This document shows positions 39,975 to 52,528 of a stretch of DNA of 64,000 nucleotides, one piece after another. The stretch comes from Paraspadella gotoi. Lineage: Eukaryota > Animalia > Chaetognatha. The notes under the pieces are model-generated. The model did no database searches, had not been told where the DNA came from, and was given only the letters and a program-made list of their open reading frames with translations. Position numbers and translations under genes: made by a program. The first letter of the stretch is position 1. Every line of letters starts with the position of its first letter. The stretch is from contig CM119269.1 of the NCBI GenBank assembly GCA_051294375.1, forward strand, positions 7,139,066 to 7,203,065, given 5' to 3'.

Positions 39975-40115
39975 AAGGTAGCAAGGGGGCAAGGGAGTAG
40001 GGCGCAAGGTGGCACGGTGGAAAAGGATAAAAGGGGGCAAGAAGGCAAGATGGCAAGGAGGCAAGGGGTCCAGCGGGCAAGGTGTCATGGTAGCAAGGCG
40101 GCAAGGGGGTCAAGG
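39975..40115 (+). repeat. Degenerate GGCAAG(GG) repeat
   Basis: About a dozen GCAAG-containing units. Confidence 0.7.
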
Positions 40116-41775
40116 GGCCGCGAGGCGTCAGGAATAAAGATAGAAAGAAATGAGGCAAACGAGTGGCACAACTGAAAAAGAAATTACGTTCTATTCACGT
40201 CGCCATTTTGTAATTTTATCACGAAAAAAGGAAATGGGGAAAAGGCGAAGATTTTTCACTTTTATATATTTTTTTTCTTAACAAAATTTTTTCTAGGAAA
40301 TCTTATGAATATCCTTCGGCGCGAAGTTGGTTCTCCTAACATTTTCACCCATAAATTTTCTCACGGAAACTAAAAAAAAAACCAACTATTTTATCGAACA
40401 AAGTTCCTAAATCTCTCGAGCAACGATGACCTCTTCGCGCCTCAAACAGCGCCACCTTTGGCGTTACCACTCCAGTGATCGTCGCCGTTAAAACGGCGCC
40501 CCCTTTTATTTCCGGCTTCTAATTCCGCCTGCAATATCCACCCCCTTCTACCCCCTCGAATTTCCGGCCCCTGTAATTCCGAGCCCGAGAATCTGGTGTC
40601 AACGTCGACCGGAGAATGCATCACGTCGATCGTAAAAAACGAACCAAAATTGCGGTCTCCCTTTTTTTTTTTTTCGTCTCGGTATCTTGAGCGAAAAGAT
40701 TGGCGCTCGATGCCTGAAAAATCAAAATATGGCGCTTGACTGCGAGCTTCTTAGCAAAGGATGGCGCCTCGGTGCGCTTGCAACTTTCAACGATGGCTTC
40801 CATGGTCTCATAATTATGAAATTTTAAAAAGATATTTGCTTTAAAAAACTAAGATTAAAGTCGTAAATAGTGTACAACCATATGTGGCGCTACANNNNNN
40901 NNNNNNNNNNNNNNNNNNNNNNNNNNNNNNNNNNNNNNNNNNNNNNNNNNNNNNNNNNNNNNNNNNNNNNNNNNNNNNNNNNNNNNNNNNNNNNNNNNNN
41001 NNNNNNNNNNNNNNNNNNNNNNNNNNNNNNNNNNNNNNNNNNNNNNNNNNNNNNNNNNNNNNNNNNNNNNNNNNNNNNNNNNNNNNNNNNNNNNNNNNNN
41101 NNNNNNNNNNNNNNNNNNNNNNNNNNNNNNNNNNNNNNNNNNNNNNNNNNNNNNNNNNNNNNNNNNNNNNNNNNNNNNNNNNNNNNNNNNNNNNNNNNNN
41201 NNNNNNNNNNNNNNNNNNNNNNNNNNNNNNNNNNNNNNNNNNNNNNNNNNNNNNNNNNNNNNNNNNNNNNNNNNNNNNNNNNNNNNNNNNNNNNNNNNNN
41301 NNNNNNNNNNNNNNNNNNNNNNNNNNNNNNNNNNNNNNNNNNNNNNNNNNNNNNNNNNNNNNNNNNNNATTAACTGAATGGATAATTTTTATATTGGTTG
41401 TACCAATTACACTCAAACAAATTTACTCTAGTAATTCTCTCTTTTAATTCACTCTTTTTTTTCACTCTTGACTTTCTTGGCAACTTTTCTTTTCCAATTT
41501 ATTTCATGTGGGGCGTCAGGGCTGAGGGGGCGTTGGAGACAAGAGGGGCTGCGTGGGGTGGGGGCTGAAAGAGGAAAATGCGGGAGGGGCATTTCTCACT
41601 CGATCACTTTCCTTTTTTTTGCTCTTCGATTCTCGCCTGAGTCCAATTTTACTCATTTTCCTTTTCTTATCTTTTCCTTTTTTTCCCCCCGTTTTTTTAA
41701 AATTTTCTCCGGTTTTTTGCCCCCAAATTTTTTTTTAATATATTTTTAGTCGAAAAAAAAAAGGAAGAGAGAGCA

Positions 41776-43565
41776 TTCACCCCGCCTCAACAAGCATGAC
41801 ACCTTCAAGTCCGTGACCGTGAACTCATGGAGTAAAGCCATCAGTTCATGACATCAAGGTACTGGGAAGAAGCGTGAGGACGGCCCGTAAGACGAACACT
41901 TGGGCCGTGGCAAACCCTCACCAGCCTGCGTCTCCAAAGGCCCTAGGGACCGCTTTCATGGCCTGCTAGAGGGGGTTAATAGAAGTCACCGATCATTACC
42001 ATCTTCAGCCCACGAAGCGCCTCTCATCACTCAACATTCTTCTGCGTCTAACTCGCCAATCGATCCTTAATCCGATAATACTAAAAATACAAGAAACAGT
42101 AAAGGAATGATTTATTCATAAAAAAGTCACAATCATTCAACACTAGTGACGTTTTAAAAATGTTATAATATATTCGATTTAATAACGAATATAAATGATA
42201 CATTTATTTACTAAAAATCAATAACTTGTAGAAAGTCTCAGGTGCGATTGATTTTTTTTTTTAAAAGAGGGAAGAGTATTAGTTCTAAAGCAAGTCTTTT
42301 TTTTTTGTGGATAGCGACTATGCCGATTGATCAATTCGCTGCGACAAAATAATTAGATATAAATATTTTTGTCCCGCTTTGTTCCCCAGTTGAAATTTCA
42401 CTTTTTTCAACGTCTTATTGTTTGAAGACTAATTGAATGATATGAATTGAATGAAATGAATGAAATGAACTGAATGGAGTGGAAGATGGAATAATGAATG
42501 AATGAATGAATGGAATGAATGAAAATGGAATGAATGGATGAATGAATGAATGGAATGAAAATGAAGAATGGATATGAATGAAGAATGAATGAATGAAGAA
42601 GAATGAATGAATGAATGAACACTGAATACAACCAGAAACTACACAATTCAGAACGAAAATCTTCTTTAAATAAATAATTTTTTAAGAAATAAACTATAAT
42701 AAATAAATATAAATAAATATAAATAAATAATAAATAAATAAATAAATTTATAATTTAAATAAATTAAATATATATATAAATAAATAGAATCAATTTATCA
42801 AAATTAATGGAAATGAAAGAAAAATTTCTTTTTACCTCAAATCTATCTCTTCCTAAGAAAAAAAATCGTGAAAAAAAGGGAAAAAAATGCCGTGAAAAAA
42901 AAAAGAAAATAAATTCCGTGAAAAAAAAATAAAAAAAATAATTAAAAAAGCTCGAAAGGAAAAGCAAATTTCGACTGATGAAACGAATTAGATCACTCTC
43001 CGGTCGCGCATGGTAAAGGAGGAAAGGTAGCAAGGGGGCAAAGGGGAGTAAGGGCGGCAAGGTGGGCAATGGGGGACAAAGGCATAAAAAGGGGCAAAGA
43101 ATGGCAAGATGGGGCAAGAGGCAGAGGGGTCCAGCGGCAAAGGTGTCATGGTAAAGCAAGGTCGGCAAAGGGGTCAAGGGGCCGCGAGGCGTCAGCGAAT
43201 AAAGATAGAAAGAAATGAGGCAAACGAGTGGCACAACCTGAAAAAGAAATTACGTTCTATTTCACGTCGCATCTTTTTTAATTTTATTCACGAATAAAAA
43301 GGAAATGGGGAAAAGGCCAAGATTTTCAACTTTTATTTATATTATTTTTTTTCTTAACAAAATTTTTTTTCTAGGAAATCTTAACATGAATATCCCTTCG
43401 CGCGAAGTTGGTTTTCTCCCTCAAATCTTCACCCAATAATTTTTTCTACGGAAACTAAAAATAAAACCAACTATTTCTATTCGAACAAAGTTCCTATAAA
43501 TCTCTCGAGCAACGAACTGACCTCCTTCCGCGCCTCAAACAGCGGCCAACCTTTTGGCGTTACCT
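41776..43565 (+). repeat. Noisy direct duplicate of 38874-40468 (45025-45420 likewise duplicates 41370-41752)
   Basis: Collinear match with a strong excess of single-base insertions, typical of an unpolished long read. Confidence 0.92.
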
Positions 43566-44009
43566 CATGTAGCCCGCACAGTATGGTATGTACACTATTT
43601 TTACTTTAATCCTAGTTTTTAAAGCAAATATCTGTTTTTAAAAAATTTCATAATTATAGGACCATGAAGCCAATCGTTGCAAGTTCACACCGAAAGCGCC
43701 CACGCTTTTCCTAAAGAAGCTCGCAGATCAAGCGCCATATTTGAACTTTTTCACGATTCGAGGCCACATCCCTGTTCGCTCAGAAACCGCAGACGAAAAA
43801 AAAAAAAGGGAGACCAATTTTTTGTTCCGTTTTTTACGACACGACGTGAATCAATTCTCCCTCGAGCGACAACCGAGATTCCGGCCGGAATTACAGGGCG
43901 GAAATTCGAGGGGTAAGAAGGGGGTGGATATTGCACGCCGCCCGCACACCCTCACCAAACCCGGCGACAATTCAAAAGGGCGCGCCGCTTTTAAAACCGG
44001 CGAACGCCA

Positions 44010-44660
44010 CCAACGCCAGGCCTGGACCAATCAAGTGGTCAATTTTTGCGTCAAAGCAGCACGGCCAACACACAACAAAAAGCAGAAAGACAGAACGACG
44101 AAGCTCCTTACTCCCTCCGTTGGCCGGCGAAATCGTGAATCAGCCTGCGAGAAAAGCAGCCTTGAGGACAGCACAAAAGTTGCCTGACCGACCCATTTAC
44201 GCGGTTTAATGACACTCTCGACCAAGCAAAATCTGCGGTCCATCAAAATGCTTGGAAATTCTGGTCACCCAATTCCGCGGGCCACGCCCGTTGCCCATCT
44301 GAACTCCGAGCCTGAAACTCTTCCACATCAAATCTGGCAGTCCTTTCCTCTCCCGTCCCTCACTGTCCTCTAAAGAATACGAACCTGACCTGGATAGCGT
44401 AACATTGCTCCCAAGTACGGTGACACACAAATCTTACAACAAAGAAACAGAGTTAAAAAACAATACCCTGACCTCACACATTCTACTCAACGAATAAAAT
44501 ACACACCTTCTTTCAAATACCGGAAAACCTCTGTTCCTAGGCCCCATCCGTTGCCTAAATAAACCGTTTGAAATTGAAAAGCAAACCGAAATCACAGCAA
44601 GAGGCCTGGCGGAAGTTTCCTCTTGAAGAACGTCTGGATTAACCATTAAGATTAAAAACA
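44010..44660 (+). mobile_element. 5'-truncated non-LTR retrotransposon (LINE) C-terminal fragment
   Basis: Noisy translation gives GHARAHLNSxLKLFHIKSGSxPxxxxCP, TLTSHILL, LFLGP and FLxTSGLTIKI then stop. This resembles the CCHC-type C-terminus of LINE ORF2 and is followed by an A-rich UTR-like stretch. Confidence 0.55.
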
Positions 44661-44911
44661 TTGAATCTTCTTCGCGCCAAATAAGAATAATACAATAAAA
44701 TAAAAACACAAATCGACTGTGAAAAATATTAAAAAGTTTTTAACATTTTTTTCTTTATCTCTTTTTTTACCCCTCATCAGAACAGCAATTGGGGCCTCTC
44801 TTTTTCGAAAATAACGTCGTGTATTGTGTATTTGCAGTGTGATTTAAACATAATTACGTTATACTTACAGCAATTCAACTTTACCATTCCAACTGCACAC
44901 AAAACAAATTG

Positions 44912-45068
44912 CGAAAGCTTGCAGGGCACCTTGCCTATGTCCAATTATCTTGTATAGTGCATGTTAGGCCTTAAACCACCAAAGCCTGTCTATAGTGAGC
45001 CCGAGCAAAGATAGCTTACTTTATTAAATGAACTGGATAATTTCTTATAATTCGGTTGTAACCAATTA
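44912..45068 (+). mobile_element. 3' part of the mini-PLE terminal module (its end also emerges from the gap at 41369-41409)
   Basis: AAAGCTTGCAGGG, CCTTAAACCACCAAAGCCTGTC, TGGATAATTT and CCAATT match 26825-26960. Confidence 0.8.
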
Positions 45069-45420
45069 CACCAAAAACAAATTCTACTCTAGTAATTTCT
45101 CTCTTTTCATTCACTCTTTTTTTTCACTCTTGACTTTCTTGGCAACTTTTCTTTTCAATTCATTTCATGTGGGGCGTCAGCGGGCTCGAGGGCCGTTCGG
45201 AGACAAGAGCGGGGCTGCGTGGCGTGAGGGCTGAAAAGGAAAATGCGGCGAGGGGCATTTCTCACTCGACTCACTTTCCTTTTTTTGGCTCTCTCGATCT
45301 CGCCTGAGCTTCCAATTTTACTATTTTTCCTTTCTTATCTTCCTTTTTTTCCCCCCGTTTTTCCCTTTAAAATTTTCTCCGGTTTTTGCCCCCAAATTTT
45401 TTTTAATATATTTTTAGTCG

Positions 45421-48400
45421 GATCTGCTTTTCAGCACGTATCCCGAACTCTATAACTCCACCTTGCTCTCGCTCCGTCGGTCGCCCCCTCAATATGTCGG
45501 CACCACACCTCTATATCATGTCAGGAACATCGAATTATGATAACCAATTATGCAAAAAAAATTGATCGTCCTCGTCCGTCTGTCTGTCCGCCGTTCCGTC
45601 CTGTCCGTCCGTCCCGTCCGTCCGTTCCTCGTACCGTCCGTCCGTCCGTTCCGTCCGTCCGTCCGTCCGGTCCGTCGTCCGTCCGTCCGTCCGCCGTCCG
45701 TCCTCCCGTCCGTCACTAGCAAAAAACACCAATTACTCTACGTGATTGGCTGGATGGATTTTAAAATGAAATTTTGTGTGCAGGATAGGTAAGTGTGTGA
45801 TTAAGCTGCGATATGAAGTTTTCGATGCGAAACGTAAGAGTGGAAATGAGTTCAAATGGAAAAACACAAAACAAATAATATTCACTATATTTGTAACACC
45901 AATTGCTCATGGTGGATTGGCTGATTGGACCTGGTAATTTTGTGTATGTGGGTAGGAAAGTAGTCGCTGATTGAACATGAATCAAGTTTCGATGAATAGT
46001 ATGAGTGGAAATGAGTTTAAATGGAAAAAAACAAAAAACCTTGTTTTACTAATTTGATTATGCTTCTTTTTCCTTTCTATTATTAAATGTATACTGCAGG
46101 GGAATTGTAATTAATAAATCAAATATTAATCAGATTAATTAACTCAATTAAGTAAATAAAATTAATCAATAATTAATTAATTAAGTCAATCAATCCAGTC
46201 CATCCGTCCCAATCTTTAGCAAAAAGCTCCAATACACTCGTGAATTGGCTGGTTGGATTGGAAATAAACTTTTCTGCTTCGTGCTGAGTTAGAAACGTGT
46301 GCTGATAAAGCTGGCATATAATAGTTTCGATGGAAATCTGTGAGTTGGAAAATGTAGTTTAAATGGAAAAAAACATTAAGTCGAATTTACTAAAAATCTT
46401 TTTACTTATTTTAACCCAATAAATACTCAATTAATCATAATTGGCATGGCATAGATTGAGTTGAATTTTGTGCTGCTGCTGCGCTAGCGAAAATGTGTGA
46501 CGAAGCTTGATATAAAGTTTCAGTGGAAACGCTACCAGTGGAAATGAGTTTAAATGAAAAAAAATATGAGTCACATTTTAACGTTTCTTATTTATTTTTT
46601 AACCCATTGATTGATTGAGATGAATTTGTTGCAGCTCGGTAGGAAAGTGAGGTGAAGAAAGCTAGGATATAACAGTTTTGGACGGAATGCAGTTGCAAAA
46701 AATTAGCGCAATGTTGAAAAAATGATGACATATTAAAAATGTTAAAAGTCCATATAGGACGTCGCTATTGCATAAAAAGAAGAGAGCAAAGCAGAGAGTG
46801 AAAAGAGAGAGGAGAGAGAGCTGAGAGAATAATGAGAGGAGTGAGCGAGAGAGAGATATGAGAGAGAGAGAGAAGAGACGAAGAAGGAGACACTCAAATA
46901 AAAAAATCTTAAAAGACTCAAGATCGAGCCAGAAGCCCTATCAACAGAAAATTAATGAAAAACCCCGGGACACAAAACCGAATGAATCATGCCGATAAAC
47001 GAATATTGATGTAATTGTAATTGCATTGAGCGTTAAACTAATTGCATCTGATGTAATAGTAAATTTATTGATGTAATAGGAATTGTTAATTGATTCGATG
47101 ATTAATTCAATTATTGATGCGATGATAGTCATTCACTGCTGTGATGATAGTCCATTCACTGATGCGATGATTGCTCATCTTCATTGATGCCGATGATAGT
47201 CAACAAAACAAACAAATGCGCTGTATTGAGTGAAAGAGAGAGAGACGAGAGAGAGACGAGAGATGATGAACGCAGAGAGAGAGAAGAGAGAGGAGAGAGA
47301 TGAACGCAGAGAAAGAGAGAGATCTGAGAAAGAGAGAAATAAGAGATAGAGAGAAAGAAAGAAATAATCCAACGAAAATCTCGGATGAAAATATGGGATT
47401 TTGTATTGAAAAAAGACGCAACACAATGTCAATAATAAAAAGTTTTAAGAAGGAAAAAAATTAACTCAGAACTTTTTCAATAAAACAGACACGATCACGC
47501 AAGAGATCGAACAGAGCCAAGCGGACAACAGAGAGAAAACAGAGAGCCAGAGAGAACACCGCTGCAGAGAAAAAGAGAGATGAGAAAAGACGCGATATAT
47601 CTATAATTAAAATTAGAGATGAGCAGAGATGAGAAAGCTCTACAGCCCCTTTACTCATTAAAGAATCACCAGTACCCTATGGCGCCGGACGTCACGCGTG
47701 AGCTCCTTCTATTCTCAAAAGGACCCGGGGTCCTACCCTGTTCGAGGGCATCGTTTTATCATTTAAGTGAGCCCACAATTATATCTAAAAAATTTTTTGT
47801 AAAAAAAAAAAAAAAGAGAAAGCAGAGAGAGAGAAAAGAACGGACAGACCGCTGCATAGCCGCCCGAACTCGTTTTTAGACAAATCAGAAGAAGCAAGTT
47901 CGACGGAGAAAAAGCCAGAGATGACGAAGCGCGACATTTATATTTAAAAGAAAGAGAAGAGAGCAGAGAGACATAATAATTTTCGTTTTGTAAATAAAAA
48001 CATAAACCAAATACGCAATATTGATATAGAAACATGAGAATTTTAAAGGATCTTCGAATCTTAGATGCCATATATGGAAATTTCAATCCCTATATATCAC
48101 ACTTTCAGAAGCCATGAAATTGCCAAAAAGCGCTGACCGAAAGCCTAAACGAATCAAAATCTAGCCAGGGACTGGCTTTACCCGCCTGCCTCGATAATAA
48201 GAGGATATTGTGTTGTTTGAGAAAATGCGTAAACAAACCATTTAATAACTCTCCTGACTCAATTTAAGGACACGATGATGACAAGCTGAGATATAAATTA
48301 TAATTAATATTAAAATTAATTAATTAATTAATTAATTATTAAAATTAATTTAATAAATTAATCTCATTAATATTAATTACCTATTAATTATTAATTATAT

Positions 48401-51400
48401 GTATTATTAAATAATAATTCAATCGCTAGCAGATCCGACATTGTTCTTGCTCAAACTTAGTTTTAGATGATTTTCTACCCCATTTCTACCACCTCCCCCG
48501 TTTTTTTTTCCTTTGCTTGAACCTTTCAATCATTGTGCATTCTCTTTTTAAAAAAAGTATTATGTTCTTCCCTTTTTGAAGTAATAATCTATTCTTTTCA
48601 TGAAATTATCGCCGAAAAGTTTTCGATAATCTTCNNNNNNNNNNNNNNNNNNNNNNNNNGATCTGCTTTTCAGCACGTATCCCGAACTCTATACACTCCA
48701 ACCTTGCTCGTCCGTCGGTCGCCCCCTCCAATATGTCGGCACCACACCACTATATCATGTCAGGAACATGAATTATGATATAACAATTATGCCAAAAAAA
48801 ATTTGAGTCCGTCGTCCGTCTGTCTGTCCCGTCCGTCCGCTCCGTCTCCGTCCGTCCGTCCGTCCGTCCGTACCGTTCCGTCCGTACCGTCCGTCCGTCC
48901 GTCGTCCGTTCTCCGTCCGGTCCGTCGTTCGTCCGCCGTCCGTCCCTCCGCTTCCGTCCACTAGCAAAAAACACCAATTACTCTGTGATTGGCATGGCAT
49001 GGATTTTAAATGAAATTTTGTGTGAGGATAGTACAGTGTGTGATTAAGCCTGCGATATGAAGTTCTCGATGGAAATCGTCAAGAGTGGAAATGAGTTCAA
49101 ATGGAAAAACACAAAAAATATATTCACTATTTTGTAACACCAATTGCCTCATGAGTGGATTGGCTCGCATTGTGACCTGTAATTTTGTGTATGTGGGTTA
49201 GGAACAGTAGTCGTGATTGAACAGAAATCAAGTTTCGATGGAATAGTATGAGTGGTAAATGAGTTTAAATGCGAAAAAAACAAAAAACCTTGTTTTTACT
49301 CAATTTGATTATGCTTCTTTTTTCCTTTTATATTAAATGTATACTGCCAGGAATGTAATTAATAAATCAATAATTCAATCAGTTAATTAACTCAATTAGT
49401 AAATAAAATTAATCAACTTAATTAATTAATTAAGTCAATCAATCCAGTCCATTCCGTCCCATCTTAGCAAAAAGCTCCAATAAAACTCGTGAATTGGCTG
49501 GTTGGATTGGAAATAAATTTCTTGCTCGTGCTGAGTTAGGGAAACGTGCTGTGATAAAGCTGGCATATAATAGTTTCGATGGAATCTTGTGAGTTGGAAA
49601 ATTAAGTTTAAATGCGAAAAAAACATAAGTCGAATTTACTAAAAATCTTTTACTTATTTTAAACCCAAATAAATACTCTAATTCAATCATAATTGGCATG
49701 GCATAGATTGAGTTGAATTCTTTGTGCTCTGGGCTAGGAAAATGTGTGACGAAGCTTGAATATAAAGTTTCAGTGGAAAACGTACCCAGTGGAAATGAGT
49801 TTAAATGAAAAAAATATGAGTCAACATTTACGTTTCTTATTTATTTTTAACCCATTGATCTGATTGAGATGAAATTTTTGCAGCTCGGTAGGAAAGTGAG
49901 TGTGAAGAACGCCTAGATATAACAGTTTTGGACGGAATGCAGTTGCAAAAAATTAGCGCAAGTTGAAAAAATGATGACCATATTAAAAAATGTTAAAACC
50001 ATAAGGACGTCGCTATTGCATAAAAAGAAGAGAGCAAAGAGAGAGTGGAAAAGAGAGACGAGGAGAGAGTGAGAGAGAAAAGAGAGCGAGTGACCGAGAG
50101 AGAGATATGAGAGACGAGCAGAGAGAGACGAGAGAAGGAGACATCAAATAAAAAAATCTTAAAAGACTCAAGGATCGAGCCAGAAGCCCTATCCAAGAAA
50201 ATTAATGAAAAACCCCGCGGACCCGAAAAAAAACGAAATGAATCATGCGATAACGAATTATTGATGTAATGTAATTGATTGAGGTAATACTAATTGCACT
50301 TGATGTAATAGTAATTTATTGATGTAATAGGAATTGATTATGATTCCGATGCGATTAATCAATTATTGATGCATGATAGTCATTCACTGCTGTATGATTA
50401 GTTCACATTCACTGATGCGTATGATTGCTTCATTCATTGATGCGATGATAGTATCTCTAAAACAAACAAATGCGTGTATTGAGTGAAAGAGAGAGACGAC
50501 GACGAGAGAGACGAGAGATGATGATACGCAGAGAGAGAGAAGAGAGAGGAGAGAGATGACGAGGACAAGAGAGAGATGACGAAAGAGAGAAGATAAAGAT
50601 GAGAGAGAAAGAAGAAAATAAATCGCAACGAAAATCCTCGGATGAAAATATGGGATTTTGTAATTGAAAAAAGCGGCAACACAATGTCAAATAATAAACA
50701 AGTTTTAGAAGGAAAAAAATAACCTCAGAATTTTCAAAAAAAAACCGATCACGCAACTGAGATCCGAACAGAGCAAGCGGACAACAGAGAGAAAAAGACG
50801 AGCAGAGAGAACAGCCGCTGCAGAGAAAAAGAGAGAGGAGAAAGATCGATATATTATAATTCAAAACTAGAGAGAGAGAGATGAGAAAGCTCTACAGCCC
50901 CTTTACTTCATTAAAGACATCAGCAGCTACCTATGGCCGCCGGACGCTCAGCGTGAGCTCCCTCTATACTCAAAAGGAACCCGGGGTCCTACCCTGTTCG
51001 CAAGGGCATCGTTTATATTTAAGTGAGCCCACATTATATCTAAAAATTTTTTGTAAAAAAAAAAAAAAAAGAGAATAGAGACGAGAGAGAAAAGAAGCTG
51101 GACAGACCGCTGCAAGCCGCGAACTCGTTTTTAAGACAAATTCAGAAGAAGCAAGTGACGCGAGAAAAAGCCAGAGAATGACGAGACGCGACATTTATAT
51201 TTAAAAAAAGAGAGAGAGAGAGAGAGACATCATAATTTTTTGTTTGTAAATAAAACAAAACCAAATACGCAATATGATATATGAAACATGAAGAATTTTA
51301 AAGATCTTCGATTCTAGATGCCAAATGAAATTTCAAACTCCCTATGATGATCACACTTTCAGAAGCCATGAATTTGCAAAAAGGCGTGACCGAAAGCCTA

Positions 51401-51800
51401 AACGAATCAAAATCTAGCCAGGACTGCTTTGACCCGCCTGGCCTCTGATCAATAGAGGATATTGTGTTGTTTTGATGAAAATGTAAACAAACACATTTCA
51501 ATAACTGCTCCTGACTCAAATTTCAAGGACATGCGATGATGACAAGCTGAATATAACATTATAATTAATATTAAAATTAATTAATTAATTAATTAATATT
51601 AAAATTAATTAAATAATAATTATTAATAATTAATTACTATTAATCTATTAATTAATCTATCTATTAAATACAATTAATTATCGTTAGGAGATCCGACATT
51701 TGTCTTGCTCAAACTTGTTTAGATGATTTTCTACCATTCTCTACCACTCCGTTATTTTTTTCCCTTCTTGTCTCGTTGCAACCTTCTCAACTATTGTGCC
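45421..51800 (+). repeat. ~3.1 kb tandem duplication (45421-48545 and 48660-51800) across a 25-N gap
   Basis: Both copies start GATCTGCTTTTCAGCACGTATCCCGAACTC and differ mainly by scattered indels. Confidence 0.92.
45548..46775 (+). mobile_element. Putative DINE-1/Helentron-like (or MITE-like) non-autonomous element; second copy at ~48788-50022
   Basis: TTATGCAA (45548) and TTGCATAA (46768) inverted ends, a (GTCC)n tract at 45570-45715, about five diverged 150-170 bp internal repeats (AAGTTTCGATGGAAA...GAGTGGAAATGAGTTTAAATGGAAAAA) and a GTCC-ATATA-GGAC hairpin near the 3' end. Confidence 0.5.
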
Positions 51801-52430
51801 ATTTTTTTCCTTTGTCATATTTCTAAATTTCCATTGTCCTCTCTTTTTCTTCTTTAATTTTATCCATTTGTTCTTATTTTTCATTTTCTCATTCTATCCA
51901 TTATTCCTATCTTATCTGCTTCTCTTATTTTGTTATTTGTTGTTGTAGGTCTCCATTTCAATTCTTTCCTCTAAATTTCGTCGAATTTAATCTGGAAACC
52001 CTAATCGACGCACATTATAAATTGAGCTTTGTCGTCGTTCGTCGTCGTCGTCGTCTGTCCCGTCACTGCCCTCGTATAATTTACAGCTTTGACAGCTCGT
52101 TACCGAAGCTTTCGTCGTTCGCCGTCTTTGTCGCTCGTCGCTCTTTGTTCGTCGCTCGTCCTTTGGTCGTCGTCTTCCTATTCATCCGTTCGTTATCGGT
52201 TGTTGTTGTTGTGCTTGTTAATTGCCCAGAAATTATCTCGTCTCTAGGTCCAGTCCGGTTTACAGTGGAAGGGCGACAGCCAATTTGTCTAAGGAAATAA
52301 AATAATATGGAATATTAAACATGATTAAAAATTCCTGTTCACTTGAGCCATCTCTCGATTCCTTGCTATTTTTTCATTGGCTAACAATCTATTCCTTCAT
52401 TCGACCACGGGCAGGCGTCGTTGTCTTCCT

Positions 52431-52528
52431 GTCAATGACAGGCGTGGTCCTAGTCAAGTCATGACCGGCCTCGTTTCGTGTCAAGTCATGACCGGCCAGT
52501 TCTCCGAGTTCAAGTCTCATGACTGGCG
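52431..52528 (+). repeat. Short array of TCAAGTCATGACCGGCC with variable spacers
   Basis: Copies at 52454, 52481 and 52510 (degenerate), with a further degenerate copy at 52431; palindromic core GTCATGAC. Confidence 0.7.

Noticed and set aside
45421-51800. Real recent tandem segmental duplication
   Set aside because: The copies differ mostly by random indels and meet at a 25-N gap, which is better explained by overlapping extensions from both sides of a gap.
52431-52528. CRISPR array
   Set aside because: The 17 bp repeats and ~10 bp spacers are too short, there are only 3-4 units, no cas genes are present and the context is eukaryotic.
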